Positions 9,916 to 25,275 are shown, counted from the first letter of the stretch. The stretch is DNA of 64,000 nucleotides from Thermofilaceae archaeon (GCA_038861545.1 JAWCCZ010000003.1:128001-192000), one strand, 5' to 3'. Translations and numbers: made by a program. The notes: generated by a model not told the origin, from the sequence alone.

Positions 9916-10051
9916 CAACGATAAGCATTAATCTTTTTTATTACTTTACTAACCCTGACAGTTTTTACTAATGATTAAATTGAACTCAGGTAAAGACCCC
10001 TTTTAAAAATAACACAAACTTTATGTATGATATCCACTCCAGCCTTTAGGC

Positions 10052-10294
10052 ATGTCACGTAGAATTAATATTTTAGAACATGAACTTGTACCGCAGCATA
10101 TCCTCCTCAGCGAAGAGGAGGCCTCTAAAATTTTGAAAAGAATAGGTGTGTCCAGACGGCAGTTACCATGGATCCTTGCCTCGGATCCTGTGGCCAAAGC
10201 CATCGGTGCAAAACCGGGCGATGTAGTCATGATCATTAGAAAGAGTCCGACGGCAGGAGTATCAGTTGCTTTAAGATACGTGACCAGAGGGTGA
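10052..10294 (+). CDS. rpoH: RNA polymerase subunit Rpo5 (H)
   Basis: HELVPQH..QLPWI..SDPV..GDVV.I.RKS.TAG. Confidence 0.97.
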   Translation: MSRRINILEHELVPQHILLSEEEASKILKRIGVSRRQLPWILASDPVAKAIGAKPGDVVMIIRKSPTAGVSVALRYVTRG

Positions 10295-13200
10295 TTCGAA
10301 TGAGTTGGAGATATTCAAGGGATGATGCTTGGTTGTTAGTTCAAGCTTTTATTAAGGAGCATGGTTTAGTAAGGCAGCACCTGGATTCGTACAATAAATT
10401 TGTAGAGAAAACCTTACAAGAAATAGTAAATGAGGCGGGACCCGTAGAGTCCGGCATTCCCGGGCTAGTTATCGGTTTAGAGAAGATATCGGTGGAGAAT
10501 CCCAGGGTCAAGGAGGCGGACGGATCTGAAAGCTCGATCATGCCGATGGAGACAAGAATTAGGAACTTGACTTATGCTGCACCCATTTTTCTAGAAATGA
10601 CTCTTATTGAAGACGGTGAAGAAAAAGATAGAGCAAAGGTATACATCGGCGATCTTCCGATTATGGTCAAATCAGTGAAATGCCCTCTATCTAAAATGAG
10701 TGAGGAAGAGCAAGTAAAAGTTGGCGAGGATCCTCGGGATCCCGGTGGCTATTTTATTATTAATGGATCAGAAAGGGTCCTAATAGTACAAGAAGATTTG
10801 GCTGTAAACAAGGTTCTGGTAGACTATGGACCTAGCGGCAGCTCAGTAACTCATGTCGCCAAGGTTTTTTCGTCGACAGCTGCATACAGAGTACCCATAA
10901 CTGTTGAGAGAACCAAGGATGGACAATTATACGTGACTTTCCCAGCAATTCCGACAAGGATTCCGATAATGGTGATGATGCGTGCTCTTGGATTGGAAAG
11001 TGACAAGGAGATAGTTAATGCAATTACTGATGACCCAGATATTTTAAACGAGTTGTATCCAACCCTTATCGAGCAAAGCAGGATCACCCCCTCAGTAGAC
11101 GAGGCATTAGATTACCTAGGCGCCAGAGTTGCCGTTGGTCAACCTAAGGAGGTGAGGGTTGAACGGGCGCAGCAAGTAATAGACCAGTATTTCCTTCCTC
11201 ACATAGGTTTAAAGCCGGAAAATAGAGTGGATAAAGCGTACTTTTTAGGTCAAATGGTTGAAAAGTTAATTGAATTAGCTCTCGGGAGAAGAGGTCCAGA
11301 TGATAAAGATCACTTAGCGAATAAGAGGTTCAAACTAGCGGGAGATTTAATGGCTTCCGTCTTTCGTCAAGCTTTTAGGCAATTCGTTAGAGACTTAAAA
11401 TATCAACTCGAGAAAAATCGAAGCAAAAGCAGGGAAGTTAACCTACACACGCTTGCAAGAGCTGACGTGATAACAGACAAGCTTCGAAACGCGTTGGCTA
11501 CAGGCAATTGGCCTGGTGGACGTACGGGCGTTAGTCAGATCTTGGACCGAACGAACTACTTGTCTACTATTAGTCATCTCAGACGAGTTGTTTCACCCCT
11601 CAGCCGAACGCAGCCCCATTTCGAAGCTAGAGAGTTGCACGCGACTCAGTGGGGCATGCTGTGTCCAGTGGAGAGCCCTGAGGGACAGAACTGTGGTCTA
11701 GTGAAGAATTTAGCTTTGCTTGCCATGATATCGATAGGAATTGATGAGAAAGATGTATATGAGCTGCTTGTATATAGGCTTGGAGTTGTTCCAATAAAGG
11801 AGGCCAGAGAGAGAGACGTTAAAGGTAGTAAGGTATTTCTGAACATGAGGCTTATAGGCATTCATGAAGATGGAGCTGAGTTAGTGAAGGTTTTAAGGGA
11901 ACTAAGAAGGCAGGGCAAGTTACACCACGAAGTTAATATAGCCCATTACAGAAGCGAACATATAGACGAGGTTTACGTTAACTGCGATAGTGGCAGAATA
12001 CGAAGACCTCTACTAGTTGTTGAAAACGACGAGTTAAAATTAAAGCCTGTACATCTAGCGAAGCTACGCAATGGAGAATGGGGCTGGAGTGATTTAATCA
12101 GAAAAGGAATTGTTGAATACCTGGATTCAGAAGAGGAAGAAAATGCACTTATCGCGGAAAATGTCGACTCTATAACACCAGAGATAACCCATGCTGAAAT
12201 AACGCCTGCCGCTATATTAGGAGTGATCGCCTCTGTGATACCTTATCCTGAGTATAATCAGTCACCGCGCAATAGTTATGAAGCTGCTATGGCGAAACAA
12301 GCGCTTGGTTTCCCTGCAGCCAACTTTATTCATAGAATGGATCCTCGTATGCACTTTTTACACTATCCACAGAAACCGTTGGTGAGGACCAAGGTATTTG
12401 ATTTAGTTAACTTGGATGATAGGCCCTTCGGACAAAATGTTATAGTAGCGGTCTTAACCGGTGGTGGGTACAACATTCAGGATGCCGTAGTGATGAACAA
12501 GGCTTCGATAGAAAGAGGATTAGCGCGTTCCACTTTCTTCAGGACCTACGAGGCTGTAGAAGTTAAATACCCCGGAGGTCAGGAAGATAAAATTGAAGTA
12601 CCCTCTGAAGATGTAATGGGTTATAGGTCTAAAGACTCATATTTGAAATTAGATCCGAGAGATGGTATTGCTTTTCCCGAGTCGGAAGTAAAAGGCGGCG
12701 AGGTTATCATAGGTAAAACAAGCCCACCACGCTTTATGAGCAGTTTCTTTGACTACCGGGCAACTACAAAAAGAAGGGATACCTCCGTCAGTATTAGGCT
12801 CAACGAATCTGGCATTGTCGACAGGGTCACAATAGCAGAAGACGTTGATGGGAATCGATTAGTGAAAGTTAGGGTTAGAGATCCTAGGCCTCCTGAGCTA
12901 GGCGATAAATTTGCATCACGGCACGGCCAGAAAGGAGTAGTGGGTTTAATTTTGCCAGCAGAAGATATGCCGTTTACAGAGGAGGGCATTGTTCCAGATG
13001 TCTTGATAAATCCACACGCTATTCCTTCTCGAATGACTGTAGGACAGTTATTGGAATCGATAGCTGGAAAAGTCGCGTCTTTAACTGATACCAGCATTGA
13101 TGCAACTGCTTTTGAAGGTACTCCGGAGGAGCAGCTTCGAGAGATGCTTCAAAAGCTTGGGTTTAGAAGCGATGGTAAAGAAGTACTCTATAGTGGAATT

Positions 13201-13647
13201 ACTGGTGAGCGACTAGAGGCCGAGGTATTTATCGGAATAACCTACTACCAGAAGCTCCATCATATGGTTGCGGATAAAATCCATGCGAGAGCTAGGGGGC
13301 GCGTTCAGATACTTACTAGACAGCCGACAGAGGGAAGGGCTAGAGAAGGTGGATTAAGGTTTGGTGAGATGGAGAAAGATTGCTTAATTGGGCACGGAGC
13401 CTCAATCCTGTTGAGAGAACGGCTTTTCGAATCGTCAGATAAAACTCTAATCTTTGTCTGTAATAGGTGTGGTTTCTTAGGATGGTATGATGCCAGGCGG
13501 AATGAGTACATTTGCCCAGTATGTGGTGATCGTGGTGAACTTAACCCGGTTTATGTTTCCTATGCCTTTAAGCTTCTATTACAAGAACTCTTAAGTTTGG
13601 GAATAGCACCTAAGGTAATTCTAGAAGATAAGGTTGGGGTGGTGTAA
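10291..13647 (+). CDS. rpoB: RNA polymerase subunit Rpo2 (B, unsplit)
   Basis: [32 protein letters not shown] and C-terminal zinc ribbon; 1118 aa. Confidence 0.99.
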   Translation: MIRMSWRYSRDDAWLLVQAFIKEHGLVRQHLDSYNKFVEKTLQEIVNEAGPVESGIPGLVIGLEKISVENPRVKEADGSESSIMPMETRIRNLTYAAPIFLEMTLIEDGEEKDRAKVYIGDLPIMVKSVKCPLSKMSEEEQVKVGEDPRDPGGYFIINGSERVLIVQEDLAVNKVLVDYGPSGSSVTHVAKVFSSTAAYRVPITVERTKDGQLYVTFPAIPTRIPIMVMMRALGLESDKEIVNAITDDPDILNELYPTLIEQSRITPSVDEALDYLGARVAVGQPKEVRVERAQQVIDQYFLPHIGLKPENRVDKAYFLGQMVEKLIELALGRRGPDDKDHLANKRFKLAGDLMASVFRQAFRQFVRDLKYQLEKNRSKSREVNLHTLARADVITDKLRNALATGNWPGGRTGVSQILDRTNYLSTISHLRRVVSPLSRTQPHFEARELHATQWGMLCPVESPEGQNCGLVKNLALLAMISIGIDEKDVYELLVYRLGVVPIKEARERDVKGSKVFLNMRLIGIHEDGAELVKVLRELRRQGKLHHEVNIAHYRSEHIDEVYVNCDSGRIRRPLLVVENDELKLKPVHLAKLRNGEWGWSDLIRKGIVEYLDSEEEENALIAENVDSITPEITHAEITPAAILGVIASVIPYPEYNQSPRNSYEAAMAKQALGFPAANFIHRMDPRMHFLHYPQKPLVRTKVFDLVNLDDRPFGQNVIVAVLTGGGYNIQDAVVMNKASIERGLARSTFFRTYEAVEVKYPGGQEDKIEVPSEDVMGYRSKDSYLKLDPRDGIAFPESEVKGGEVIIGKTSPPRFMSSFFDYRATTKRRDTSVSIRLNESGIVDRVTIAEDVDGNRLVKVRVRDPRPPELGDKFASRHGQKGVVGLILPAEDMPFTEEGIVPDVLINPHAIPSRMTVGQLLESIAGKVASLTDTSIDATAFEGTPEEQLREMLQKLGFRSDGKEVLYSGITGERLEAEVFIGITYYQKLHHMVADKIHARARGRVQILTRQPTEGRAREGGLRFGEMEKDCLIGHGASILLRERLFESSDKTLIFVCNRCGFLGWYDARRNEYICPVCGDRGELNPVYVSYAFKLLLQELLSLGIAPKVILEDKVGVV

Positions 13648-13649
13648 AT

Positions 13650-17524
<3,875 letters not shown>

Positions 17525-17610
17525 AGGGATGACGCGGTAAATTTATAGCTAATGAATTAGTAGGGGTTCTGCAGCAAAAGTATGTTGAACACGGTTGAAT
17601 CAGCGCTCTG

Positions 17611-17925
17611 GTGGTCAATATGGATATAGTTCGTGAAATACAGGCGGCAATCAAAACAGGTAAAGTATTATTCGGTTACAGGCAAACGCTAAAATCCATC
17701 GTCAATAACCAAGTGAAACTGACAGTAATTTCATCAAATGTGCCGGAGCAAATTCGTAGGGATATTACAAAACTCTGTAAATTATCAGGTATACCCATAT
17801 ACGAGTTCCCTGGAACTTCCTGGGATCTCGGAGCAGTATGTAATAAACCCTTCATGGTAACCACATTGGCAGTTCTAGATCCAGGCGCAAGCGGTATCAT
17901 TGAGCTAGCTAAAGGTGCTCAGTGA
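17611..17925 (+). CDS. rpl30e: 50S ribosomal protein L30e
   Basis: KTGKV.FG..TLK...LG..C.KPF....AVLDPG.S.I. Confidence 0.95.
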   Translation: MVNMDIVREIQAAIKTGKVLFGYRQTLKSIVNNQVKLTVISSNVPEQIRRDITKLCKLSGIPIYEFPGTSWDLGAVCNKPFMVTTLAVLDPGASGIIELAKGAQ

Positions 17926-18360
17926 ATGGCTGGTGTTAAATTGACAGAAAACGAGCTGCAACATATATCGATATTTGAAGCGATAACACAAGTAGAAGCA
18001 CTAGATTGCATATTGGACGAAGATGATAATAGGGTTATATTCGTAGTGCGCAAGGGAACAGCTGGAAAAGCAATAGGCAGCAATGGAACCAATGTTAGAA
18101 CGCTCAGGCAAGTCTTGCGCAGAGAAATTGATATAGTAGAGAAAGGGGAAACGCTGGAGGAGCTGGTTTCTTCGGCCCTTTTCCCTGCTGCTATTAGATC
18201 AATTGAGGTTAAAAAAGATAATAATGGTAGAAGTTCTATATTAGTCGAGGTACCTTTCGACCAGAAAGGCTTAGCGATAGGAAAGGGTGGAAGGAATGTG
18301 CGAAGGGCAAAACTACTTATTAAGAGATACTTCGGCATCGACAACTTAGTACTTAAATAG
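17926..18360 (+). CDS. nusA: Transcription elongation factor NusA (archaeal, two KH domains)
   Basis: Two GxxG KH loops (AIGSNG, AIGKGGRNV); conserved context. Confidence 0.95.
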   Translation: MAGVKLTENELQHISIFEAITQVEALDCILDEDDNRVIFVVRKGTAGKAIGSNGTNVRTLRQVLRREIDIVEKGETLEELVSSALFPAAIRSIEVKKDNNGRSSILVEVPFDQKGLAIGKGGRNVRRAKLLIKRYFGIDNLVLK

Positions 18361-18481
18361 AAAACCTGACTAATTTTATCTATCTGTCACTAATTTAGTG
18401 GTCAGAAGGGTTCAGCTTGGAATTTTAATTACCGTACCCAGGCTAAAATTTTTATCCTAGCAAGTCTCTGCCGGGCAGGCT

Positions 18482-18925
18482 ATGCCAGGTTCGAAATCAC
18501 CCAAAGGAATGTTCGCGGCTAGAAGGCTGGTTTCAAAGAGAAAAAAGTTCAGATGGAGCGATGCTAACTATAAGACTAGGATGTTAAATCTTAGGAAGCG
18601 CTTCGACCCCCTTGAAGGTGCACCCATGGCAAGAGGAATCGTGTTGGAAAAAGTAGGAGTTGAAAGTAGGCAACCGAATAGCGCGGTTCGTAAATGCGTT
18701 AGAGTTCAATTAATAAAGAATGGGAAGGTTGTAACTGCATTTCTTCCAGGTGACGGGTCATTACTTTTTGTGAACGAACACGATGAAGTAGTTATAGAAA
18801 GGATAGGAGGACCTGAGGGGAAGGCCTATGGCGATCTTCCTGGCGTTAGATTTAAAGTAACTAAAGTTAACGGAGTTTCATTGATAGAGATACTTCGGGG
18901 GAAGAAACAAAAGCCAGTACGTTAA
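18482..18925 (+). CDS. rps12: 30S ribosomal protein S12
   Basis: [29 protein letters not shown]. Confidence 0.98.
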   Translation: MPGSKSPKGMFAARRLVSKRKKFRWSDANYKTRMLNLRKRFDPLEGAPMARGIVLEKVGVESRQPNSAVRKCVRVQLIKNGKVVTAFLPGDGSLLFVNEHDEVVIERIGGPEGKAYGDLPGVRFKVTKVNGVSLIEILRGKKQKPVR

Positions 18926-18939
18926 TTGGGGGCTTTACC

Positions 18940-19794
18940 TTGAGTAGAATTGAAATGAGTTTCCGAAGGCTGGAGGAAAATTATGCAGAATTTATAGTGG
19001 AAGGTATTACCCCAGCGATAGCGAACGCCATTAGAAGGACCATAATATCGGATGTGCCGACATTGGCGATAGACGAAGTTGCAATTGTTGAGAATTCTTC
19101 CGTACTTTTTGACGAAATTATTGCCCATAGATTAGGGTTAATCCCCTTAAAAGTCGACGTCGAAACCTATGACGTTTTGCTTGAATGCTATGAAGAAGGT
19201 AGGGCAGATGACTGTGTCGCCACGCTAGCATTAGAAGTGGAAGCTGAGAAGCCCGGGACAGTGTACTCAGGACACTTGAATTTCACCGGTTTTATAGGAG
19301 AGTTTGCACGATTGACTCCTATAGAGGTGAAACCTGTATCCGATTTAGTGCCTATTGTAAAGCTCGCAGCTGGACAGAAGCTTGTATTAGAGGCTTACGC
19401 TAAAATTGGTATAGGTAAGGAGCATGCGAAATGGCAGCCTGTATCCGTTGCTGCGTATAAATACTACCCTGAGATCAGAGTAATTAAAAGAGAGTGTGGC
19501 GAGGAAGGTAAAAAGTGTGCGGATGCATGTCCAAGAGGTATATTGAAGTGGAGCAACGGGAGACTTGATGTAATTTCTGAAAAAGTGGAAGAATGCACAA
19601 TGTGCAGAGCTTGCGAAGAAGCATGTTCCGAAGTAATCAAGATTTCCTGGGATGACAGTAAATTTATATTTAGAGTTGAAGGTTTAGGCATGATTCCACT
19701 AGCTAAGGTTATTGAAACTGCTTTAAAGAGACTGATTAGAAGAGTGAACTCCTTCATGGAGGAGTTAGAGAAGACCATTCAAACTCAATCATAG
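18940..19794 (+). CDS. rpoD: RNA polymerase subunit Rpo3 (D) with ferredoxin-like Fe-S insert
   Basis: ANAIRR..VP.LAID..NSS..DE.IAHRLGLIP; HAKWQP; CADACP and CTMCRACEEAC. Confidence 0.97.
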   Translation: MSRIEMSFRRLEENYAEFIVEGITPAIANAIRRTIISDVPTLAIDEVAIVENSSVLFDEIIAHRLGLIPLKVDVETYDVLLECYEEGRADDCVATLALEVEAEKPGTVYSGHLNFTGFIGEFARLTPIEVKPVSDLVPIVKLAAGQKLVLEAYAKIGIGKEHAKWQPVSVAAYKYYPEIRVIKRECGEEGKKCADACPRGILKWSNGRLDVISEKVEECTMCRACEEACSEVIKISWDDSKFIFRVEGLGMIPLAKVIETALKRLIRRVNSFMEELEKTIQTQS

Positions 19795-19836
19795 GGTAAG
19801 AAAATTTTTAATCATAGAATCAATGATGGGCGAGTT

Positions 19837-20199
19837 ATGAGAAGGACAGGACCAACGAATGCTTACTTAAGAAGGCTAATAGGGTATCTAAGGAAGAAAG
19901 CAAGGGAGAATGAAGCTCCAATATGGTATACAGTGGCCGAGAATTTAGAGAAACCGGCTAGAATCAGGCCAGAGGTAAATGTTAGCAGAATCAACAGGTA
20001 CACGTCACCCGGCGATATTGTAGTAGTACCTGGTAAAGTGTTGGGTAGTGGAGTACTTAAACACCAAGTTGTTATAGCAGCTTTCTCATTTACTAAAAAA
20101 GCTCGCGAAAAAATTGAAAACGCTGGGGGTAAAGTATTAACTATTCCACAATTGATCAAAGAGAATCCAAGGGGTAAAGGTGTGCGTATAGTGTGCTAG
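19837..20199 (+). CDS. rpl18e: 50S ribosomal protein L18e
   Basis: TGPTN..VNVSRINRY..VVVPGKVLGSG. Confidence 0.97.
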   Translation: MRRTGPTNAYLRRLIGYLRKKARENEAPIWYTVAENLEKPARIRPEVNVSRINRYTSPGDIVVVPGKVLGSGVLKHQVVIAAFSFTKKAREKIENAGGKVLTIPQLIKENPRGKGVRIVC

Positions 20200-20257
20200 C
20201 CGTAAAATTAAAAACACCGGTGTATAGCGCCAACTGAAAGTTACATGGTGGCTAGTA

Positions 20258-20701
20258 ATGGATAAAGTGCTAGTAGTTGATGCAACCGGTTTAATAGCTG
20301 GTAGGTTGGCTAGCATAGTTGCTAAGAGATTGCTGAGAGGGGAGAGTGTGATCATAATAAATGCGGAAAAGGCTATAATAACTGGTAAAAGGGAGAGAAT
20401 AAGGGATTGGTACTTGAAGAGAGTATCGGAATGGAAGACGCACTTTAACCCGGAAAAGAAGGGGCCTAAAATTCCTAAAAGGCCAGATTTAATTATGAAA
20501 AGAATGATAAGGAACATGCTTCCATACAAGAAGCCCAAGGGTAGAGAGGCGTTTAAAAGGTTACGAGTATTCATTGGTACACCACCAGAGTTAGCAGATA
20601 TCACCAAATGGATACCTGAGGAAGCCAGGCTTCAAAATACCACTGTAGACTTCATTACTTTAATGGAACTTGCTAAGGCTGTGGGTGGTAAGGTTGGTTA
20701 G
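20258..20701 (+). CDS. rpl13: 50S ribosomal protein L13
   Basis: VVDATG..GRLAS.VAK.LL.G..INAEK..GP..P.RP..R.MLP. Confidence 0.97.
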   Translation: MDKVLVVDATGLIAGRLASIVAKRLLRGESVIIINAEKAIITGKRERIRDWYLKRVSEWKTHFNPEKKGPKIPKRPDLIMKRMIRNMLPYKKPKGREAFKRLRVFIGTPPELADITKWIPEEARLQNTTVDFITLMELAKAVGGKVG

Positions 20702-21098
20702 AGTAGTAGTGGTTTCCGCTAGGAGGAAGACCGCTAGATCCAGGGTAATAGTCAGGGAAGGCAAGGGTCGAGTATTAATTAATGGCATCCCGCTAGAAGT
20801 ATTGGAGCCGGAAATCATTCGATATAAAATCTATGAGCCTGTGTACCTTGCTGGGAACGAAGTTATAAGTAAGGTTGACATATTCGCCGAAACCGAGGGG
20901 GGTGGGCTTATGGGACAAGCTTCCGCTATACGTACCGCTATAGCTCAGGCACTTGTTGAGTGGACAGGATCAGAGGTGCTTAAAGAACTTTACAGCAAGT
21001 ATGATAGACGCTTGCTAGTGGAAGATCCTAGGCAGACAGAACCAAAGAAGCCAGGTGGTAGATCTGCTAGGGCCAAGAGGCAAAAAAGTTATAGATGA
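20694..21098 (+). CDS. rps9: 30S ribosomal protein S9 (likely TTG start at 20694)
   Basis: RRKTA..GKGRV.ING..GGG..GQA.A.R..DPRQTEPKK.GG.SARAKRQKSYR. Confidence 0.97.
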   Translation: MVRVVVVSARRKTARSRVIVREGKGRVLINGIPLEVLEPEIIRYKIYEPVYLAGNEVISKVDIFAETEGGGLMGQASAIRTAIAQALVEWTGSEVLKELYSKYDRRLLVEDPRQTEPKKPGGRSARAKRQKSYR

Positions 21099-21108
21099 TT
21101 ATAAATTC

Positions 21109-21309
21109 TTAACCATAAGTTTCATATTTTAATACTTCATCTATTAATTCCACGTGAGAAAGCAACATTCTCCTACAACAATAGCGTTTAATATTAAGTT
21201 CGTCGAGAATTTTGCTGGGGTTCTCTCCTCTTTTTACACGTTCAGAGAATCTCTGCCACTTATCACCTATTAGCGCACCACATGTAAAGCATCTAACCGG
21301 TATAATCAC
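21109..21309 (-). CDS. rpoN: RNA polymerase subunit Rpo10 (N)
   Basis: [11 protein letters not shown]...[12 protein letters not shown]. Confidence 0.98.
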   Translation of the reverse strand: MIIPVRCFTCGALIGDKWQRFSERVKRGENPSKILDELNIKRYCCRRMLLSHVELIDEVLKYETYG

Positions 21310-21331
21310 GTGAACCCATGAAAAATTATAG

Positions 21332-21919
21332 TTATACGCTTTTCGCTTGATGAGCCAATTTTACACAGAAGGTAGATAAACGTGCCTTTGACCGAAGGAG
21401 GACTGTGTTAACCTTATCAATCAAGTATGCAAGAACGTGTGGGTTAATACAATCCACACCTGAGAGCTTGAGTGGCATTTCAATACGATCGGAGGAGACT
21501 ATTTCAACTACTGCACGTTTCCCAACACCTTGGATCCCGCTGTGCTTCAAGCCGGAGTTTCTAGCGGTAATTAGTAGGAATTGAGCTGCATCTAAAGTTC
21601 TGCATACGATATGCATTATTGGGCCCTGAACAGATAACCATAAGCTAGGGTATTTTGCATACCGTGTAACTTTATCAAGCTCATATTTTTCGATTGGTCT
21701 ATGCCACTTAGCTACTACTACCATTATTCCTTTCTCTCCAGGTGTTTCAGAGGCAGAAACCTGTATCCTACCACTACAACTGCTGGTAGTGTAGTAGTCT
21801 GGATGGTAATTTATAATTGATAAAAGTTCAATTATATCCGGATCTACTTTTCCAGTTTCTAATTCTCGTAAGAGGTTCCAAGCAGCTTTTCTTTTTTCTA
21901 GCTCGAATGTGTAACTCAT
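21332..21919 (-). CDS. taw3: tRNA wybutosine-synthesis methyltransferase Taw3/Tyw3
   Basis: [30 protein letters not shown]. Confidence 0.92.
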   Translation of the reverse strand: MSYTFELEKRKAAWNLLRELETGKVDPDIIELLSIINYHPDYYTTSSCSGRIQVSASETPGEKGIMVVVAKWHRPIEKYELDKVTRYAKYPSLWLSVQGPIMHIVCRTLDAAQFLLITARNSGLKHSGIQGVGKRAVVEIVSSDRIEMPLKLSGVDCINPHVLAYLIDKVNTVLLRSKARLSTFCVKLAHQAKSV

Positions 21920-21932
21920 AGCTTATGAACAA

Positions 21933-23405
21933 TTAAGGAAATAACCTTGAGGCCAATTTCCAGGCATCTATCTGGGCTGACACCGTCATAACCTCTCTAC
22001 GCAAGTTGAGGGTTGCTAACCGCAACTGAGTGTAGCTATATTCTTTAAGTTTCTCGATTATTCCCCGCTCTTCCACTATACGTGTATCATAATCTCCTCT
22101 CATAAAGGCCGGATCATTTAACAACAGATGCATGAATGCTATATTTGTCTTTACGCCTTCAATAATCGTTTCCTCAAGAGCTGTGATAAGTCTTCTCCTT
22201 GCCTCATCACGTGTTAACCCCCAGCATATCACTTTCATTATAAGAGGGTCGTAGTAAATGGGAACATGAGCCCCTGCGTAATAACCGCTGTCAACTCTAA
22301 CGTAGGGCCCTGAAGGTTCCCTGTACTTGGTTAACTGTCCTGCAAACGGAGTAAAGTAAGCAAGGGGATCTTCTGCGTAAACTCTTGCCTCTATAGCATG
22401 GCCCTTTATATTAATTTCATTTTGCTTGAAAGTAGGGTTCTCACCAGCAGCGACTAAGATTTGTTCTCTAACTATATCTACGCCCGTTACCATTTCAGTG
22501 ACAGGGTGTTCAACCTGTAGACGCGAGTTAACCTCAAGTAAATAGAAGTCTTGCGTAGTAGGATCATATAGGAATTCAAAGGTTCCCGCATTTTCATAGC
22601 TACAGGCTTTAGCGGCTTTAAGAGCTAGATCCAAGAGTTTTTTTCTGAGTTCTGTATTCAGTGCTGGAGATGGAGCTTCTTCTATCACCTTTTGAAACCG
22701 CCTTTGCACAGAACACTCTCGCTCATATAAATGATACACAAAGCCTTTATTGGTCCCTATTATCTGGACTTCAATATGCCTCGCTTTAGGTAGGTATTTC
22801 TCTAAGTAGATTTCTAGTTGACCAAAAGTCTTTCCGGCCAACTGAGCTGCTGTGTTTATAGCTTTGAGCAAGTCTTTCTCGGACCAGACAACTTGTATTC
22901 CAATTCCACCACCTCCACCTGCTGGTTTGATTATCACTGGGTACTCTAGCTCTTCAGCTATGCTAGGAGCGTCTCGCACATCTATAGGGTTAAAGGTGCC
23001 AGGAATAACGGGCACTCCGACTCTATGGAAAAAATTTCTAGCACCAAGCTTATCGCCAACTAGTCTTTGTGTGTGTGCTGAAGGACCTATAAAAATCACT
23101 CCCTCCTCCTCCAAACGCTCAATGAAATCTGCGCGCTGCGATAGAAAGCCGTAGCCCGGGTGCACAGCTTCGGCGCTACTAAGTTTAGCCACCTGCACTA
23201 TGGCTTCAATATTCAAATAGTTTTCGGTTGGCTCAGACCCGCCAATTCTGTAAGCTTCATCTGCAACTAATGTGTGAAGGGCGTTACTGTCAGCATCAGA
23301 GTATATAGTGACGGTTTTAATGCCTAGGGCTTTCGCCGTCCGAGCAATTCTTACAGCCACTTCTCCTCTGTTTGCTATTAGTATCTTAGAGAATGGCGCA
23401 TCCAT
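21933..23405 (-). CDS. Biotin carboxylase subunit (AccC/PycA-like)
   Basis: ILIANRGEVAVR, HPGYGFLS, GGGGIG, ERECSVQRR.QK, EVNSRLQVEHPVTE, VRVDSG, YDP. Confidence 0.95.
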   Translation of the reverse strand: MDAPFSKILIANRGEVAVRIARTAKALGIKTVTIYSDADSNALHTLVADEAYRIGGSEPTENYLNIEAIVQVAKLSSAEAVHPGYGFLSQRADFIERLEEEGVIFIGPSAHTQRLVGDKLGARNFFHRVGVPVIPGTFNPIDVRDAPSIAEELEYPVIIKPAGGGGGIGIQVVWSEKDLLKAINTAAQLAGKTFGQLEIYLEKYLPKARHIEVQIIGTNKGFVYHLYERECSVQRRFQKVIEEAPSPALNTELRKKLLDLALKAAKACSYENAGTFEFLYDPTTQDFYLLEVNSRLQVEHPVTEMVTGVDIVREQILVAAGENPTFKQNEINIKGHAIEARVYAEDPLAYFTPFAGQLTKYREPSGPYVRVDSGYYAGAHVPIYYDPLIMKVICWGLTRDEARRRLITALEETIIEGVKTNIAFMHLLLNDPAFMRGDYDTRIVEERGIIEKLKEYSYTQLRLATLNLRREVMTVSAQIDAWKLASRLFP

Positions 23406-23509
23406 GTATGTTACACCCGCTTAGAGAAAATCACAGATAATATAAGGGATGCTGTGAATAACCTACATGTATTTTTCCGCATATCAGCTTATTAAGCTTC
23501 ATCATAGAT

Positions 23510-24064
23510 TCAACTACACCTCAGCTTCATCAATATATGCTCAACAATTAGGTGTGGAACCTCATCCCGGTTATGCAGTGTTAGCGATATCACACTTATA
23601 TCCTTTCTTGAAAGTACCATACGACCAAAGGAATCCTCGTGTGCTCTGAAATGTATAGTTGCTATAACCGGTTTAGAGGAGTTAAGGGCTTTCACCACAG
23701 CCTTCCTAAATAGTGGAGAGTAGAGCTCCATAGGTCCTATTTCATCAATCACTATAACATCAGAGATTTCAAGAGCTTTGATAATGGCTTTAACTCCAAC
23801 TCTCTCTAGTTCACCTACAAGCACAACGTACTTCCCTATCCTAGGTAACCCCTTTCCCACGCGGGCGAGGTACGCTTCTTCACCTGTGGACAAATCTACT
23901 ACTACGAAACCAGTTCTAACTCCGGATTCTCTAATTTCTCGTGAAATAAATCCGCCTACATGAATTCCCAGCTTTCTGAGTTCTTCTGTAACTTTTAATA
24001 CGGCCGTGGTCTTGCCAACGCCCGGGTGTCCAGTGATTAACAGGTTTTTAGTAAAATTTTTCAT
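23510..24064 (-). CDS. THEP1-family nucleoside triphosphatase
   Basis: ITGHPGVGKTT, GGF...E.R..G.R.GF, IGKY.V, VIDEIGPMEL. Confidence 0.93.
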   Translation of the reverse strand: MKNFTKNLLITGHPGVGKTTAVLKVTEELRKLGIHVGGFISREIRESGVRTGFVVVDLSTGEEAYLARVGKGLPRIGKYVVLVGELERVGVKAIIKALEISDVIVIDEIGPMELYSPLFRKAVVKALNSSKPVIATIHFRAHEDSFGRMVLSRKDISVISLTLHNRDEVPHLIVEHILMKLRCS

Positions 24065-24086
24065 TGGAAGTATATTTGGACTAGTT

Positions 24087-24563
24087 TTAAAGGTTCTGTG
24101 CTATATTTTCAAGCGCTTTCATAGTTTCGGTTAACTCTTCCCTTTGGCATACAGCTAGTAAAACCGTTAAGGGTTTTCCCAACCGCAACTCCCTTACAAG
24201 TTCTCGGTTGAGGTGGATAGCTGCTTTATCACTGTTTACAGCTATGGTGCGTCCATCAATGTAGAAACTTTTACGAACTACGATTGAAGTTTTACTAGTG
24301 AAGCTTAACTGAGGGCTCCCGTAGCCTTTAACAATTTCGACTGTTGAGTCACACTTCAGAAGAATGATCACACATACATCGTTGCTAGTGATGACACTTT
24401 TAAACTGAGAGGATAAATGTGCAGCAGCTTTATTTGCTGATACTCCTATAATGCAATCACCCCTGGGTGTAACAAAGGAATCCCTAGTAATTTCAAAAGT
24501 AGTTTTATGTAGGGCTTTAACAGCAGGGTGGCCACTAGCTTCTATTCTCTCTACTACTATCAT
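24087..24563 (-). CDS. DUF371 family protein
   Basis: GHP.V.A.H.TTFEIT.D..TPRGDCIIGV.A..VVRKS.YID.RT; ATG at 24563 is the likely start. Confidence 0.88.
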   Translation of the reverse strand: MIVVERIEASGHPAVKALHKTTFEITRDSFVTPRGDCIIGVSANKAAAHLSSQFKSVITSNDVCVIILLKCDSTVEIVKGYGSPQLSFTSKTSIVVRKSFYIDGRTIAVNSDKAAIHLNRELVRELRLGKPLTVLLAVCQREELTETMKALENIAQNL

Positions 24564-25227
24564 GGTGACCATACCTGCCTCTAAGCGAGACGAAGACACA
24601 ATAGGTAACTTGACGGTGAGTTACCTTATCACCGTCGCGATTCACCGCTAATAACGTCTGATGCCAGCGGGGACCTACTGGTATCACCATTACGCCCTTA
24701 TCGGCTAATTGTTTAATAAGAAGAGGGGGGATTCGGGGGGCAGCCGCCGTAACCATGATTTTCTTGAACTGATATCCTTCTCTAACTGGGGCCCCCAAGC
24801 TTCCATCGGCTACCAATAGGTGAACTCGTTCATAGTACCCGGTTTTCTTCAAGTTATCTCTGGCGTAGTAAGCTAGTTGTTTTATAAGCTCTATACTCAC
24901 TATGATACCCTCAATACTTTCATCACTAGGCGAAATTATCTCTGTGCAGAGCGCGACATGGTATCCGCTACCTGTGCCTATTTCGAGCAGCGTGTCACCT
25001 CTAGTTAAGCCAGCTGCTTCACACATTATTGCACACATATGTGGAGCGGATATTGTTTGGTTTTCTGGAATAGGTAGAGGGCGATCTTCATATGCCTCAT
25101 CCTTGTATTCGGGCGGAACAAATTCCTCTCTAGGTACCTTTAGCATGGCTATCTTTAAAGATGAACTTTTGATAACACCCTCTAGTTCTAGCGCTTTAAC
25201 GAGGTTCCGGCGTTTCTCTTTATACAC
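24535..25227 (-). CDS. pcm: Protein-L-isoaspartate O-methyltransferase
   Basis: VPREEFVP..AY.D.PL.I..QTISAPHM..LEIGTGSGY..VTAAAP..P..QL..G..VIPVG. Confidence 0.95.
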   Translation of the reverse strand: MYKEKRRNLVKALELEGVIKSSSLKIAMLKVPREEFVPPEYKDEAYEDRPLPIPENQTISAPHMCAIMCEAAGLTRGDTLLEIGTGSGYHVALCTEIISPSDESIEGIIVSIELIKQLAYYARDNLKKTGYYERVHLLVADGSLGAPVREGYQFKKIMVTAAAPRIPPLLIKQLADKGVMVIPVGPRWHQTLLAVNRDGDKVTHRQVTYCVFVSLRGRYGHHDSSRENRS

Positions 25228-25275
25228 TAGCTGAAATTTGGAGAAAACAGTTTTAAAACTACCCTTAAGTGAAGG

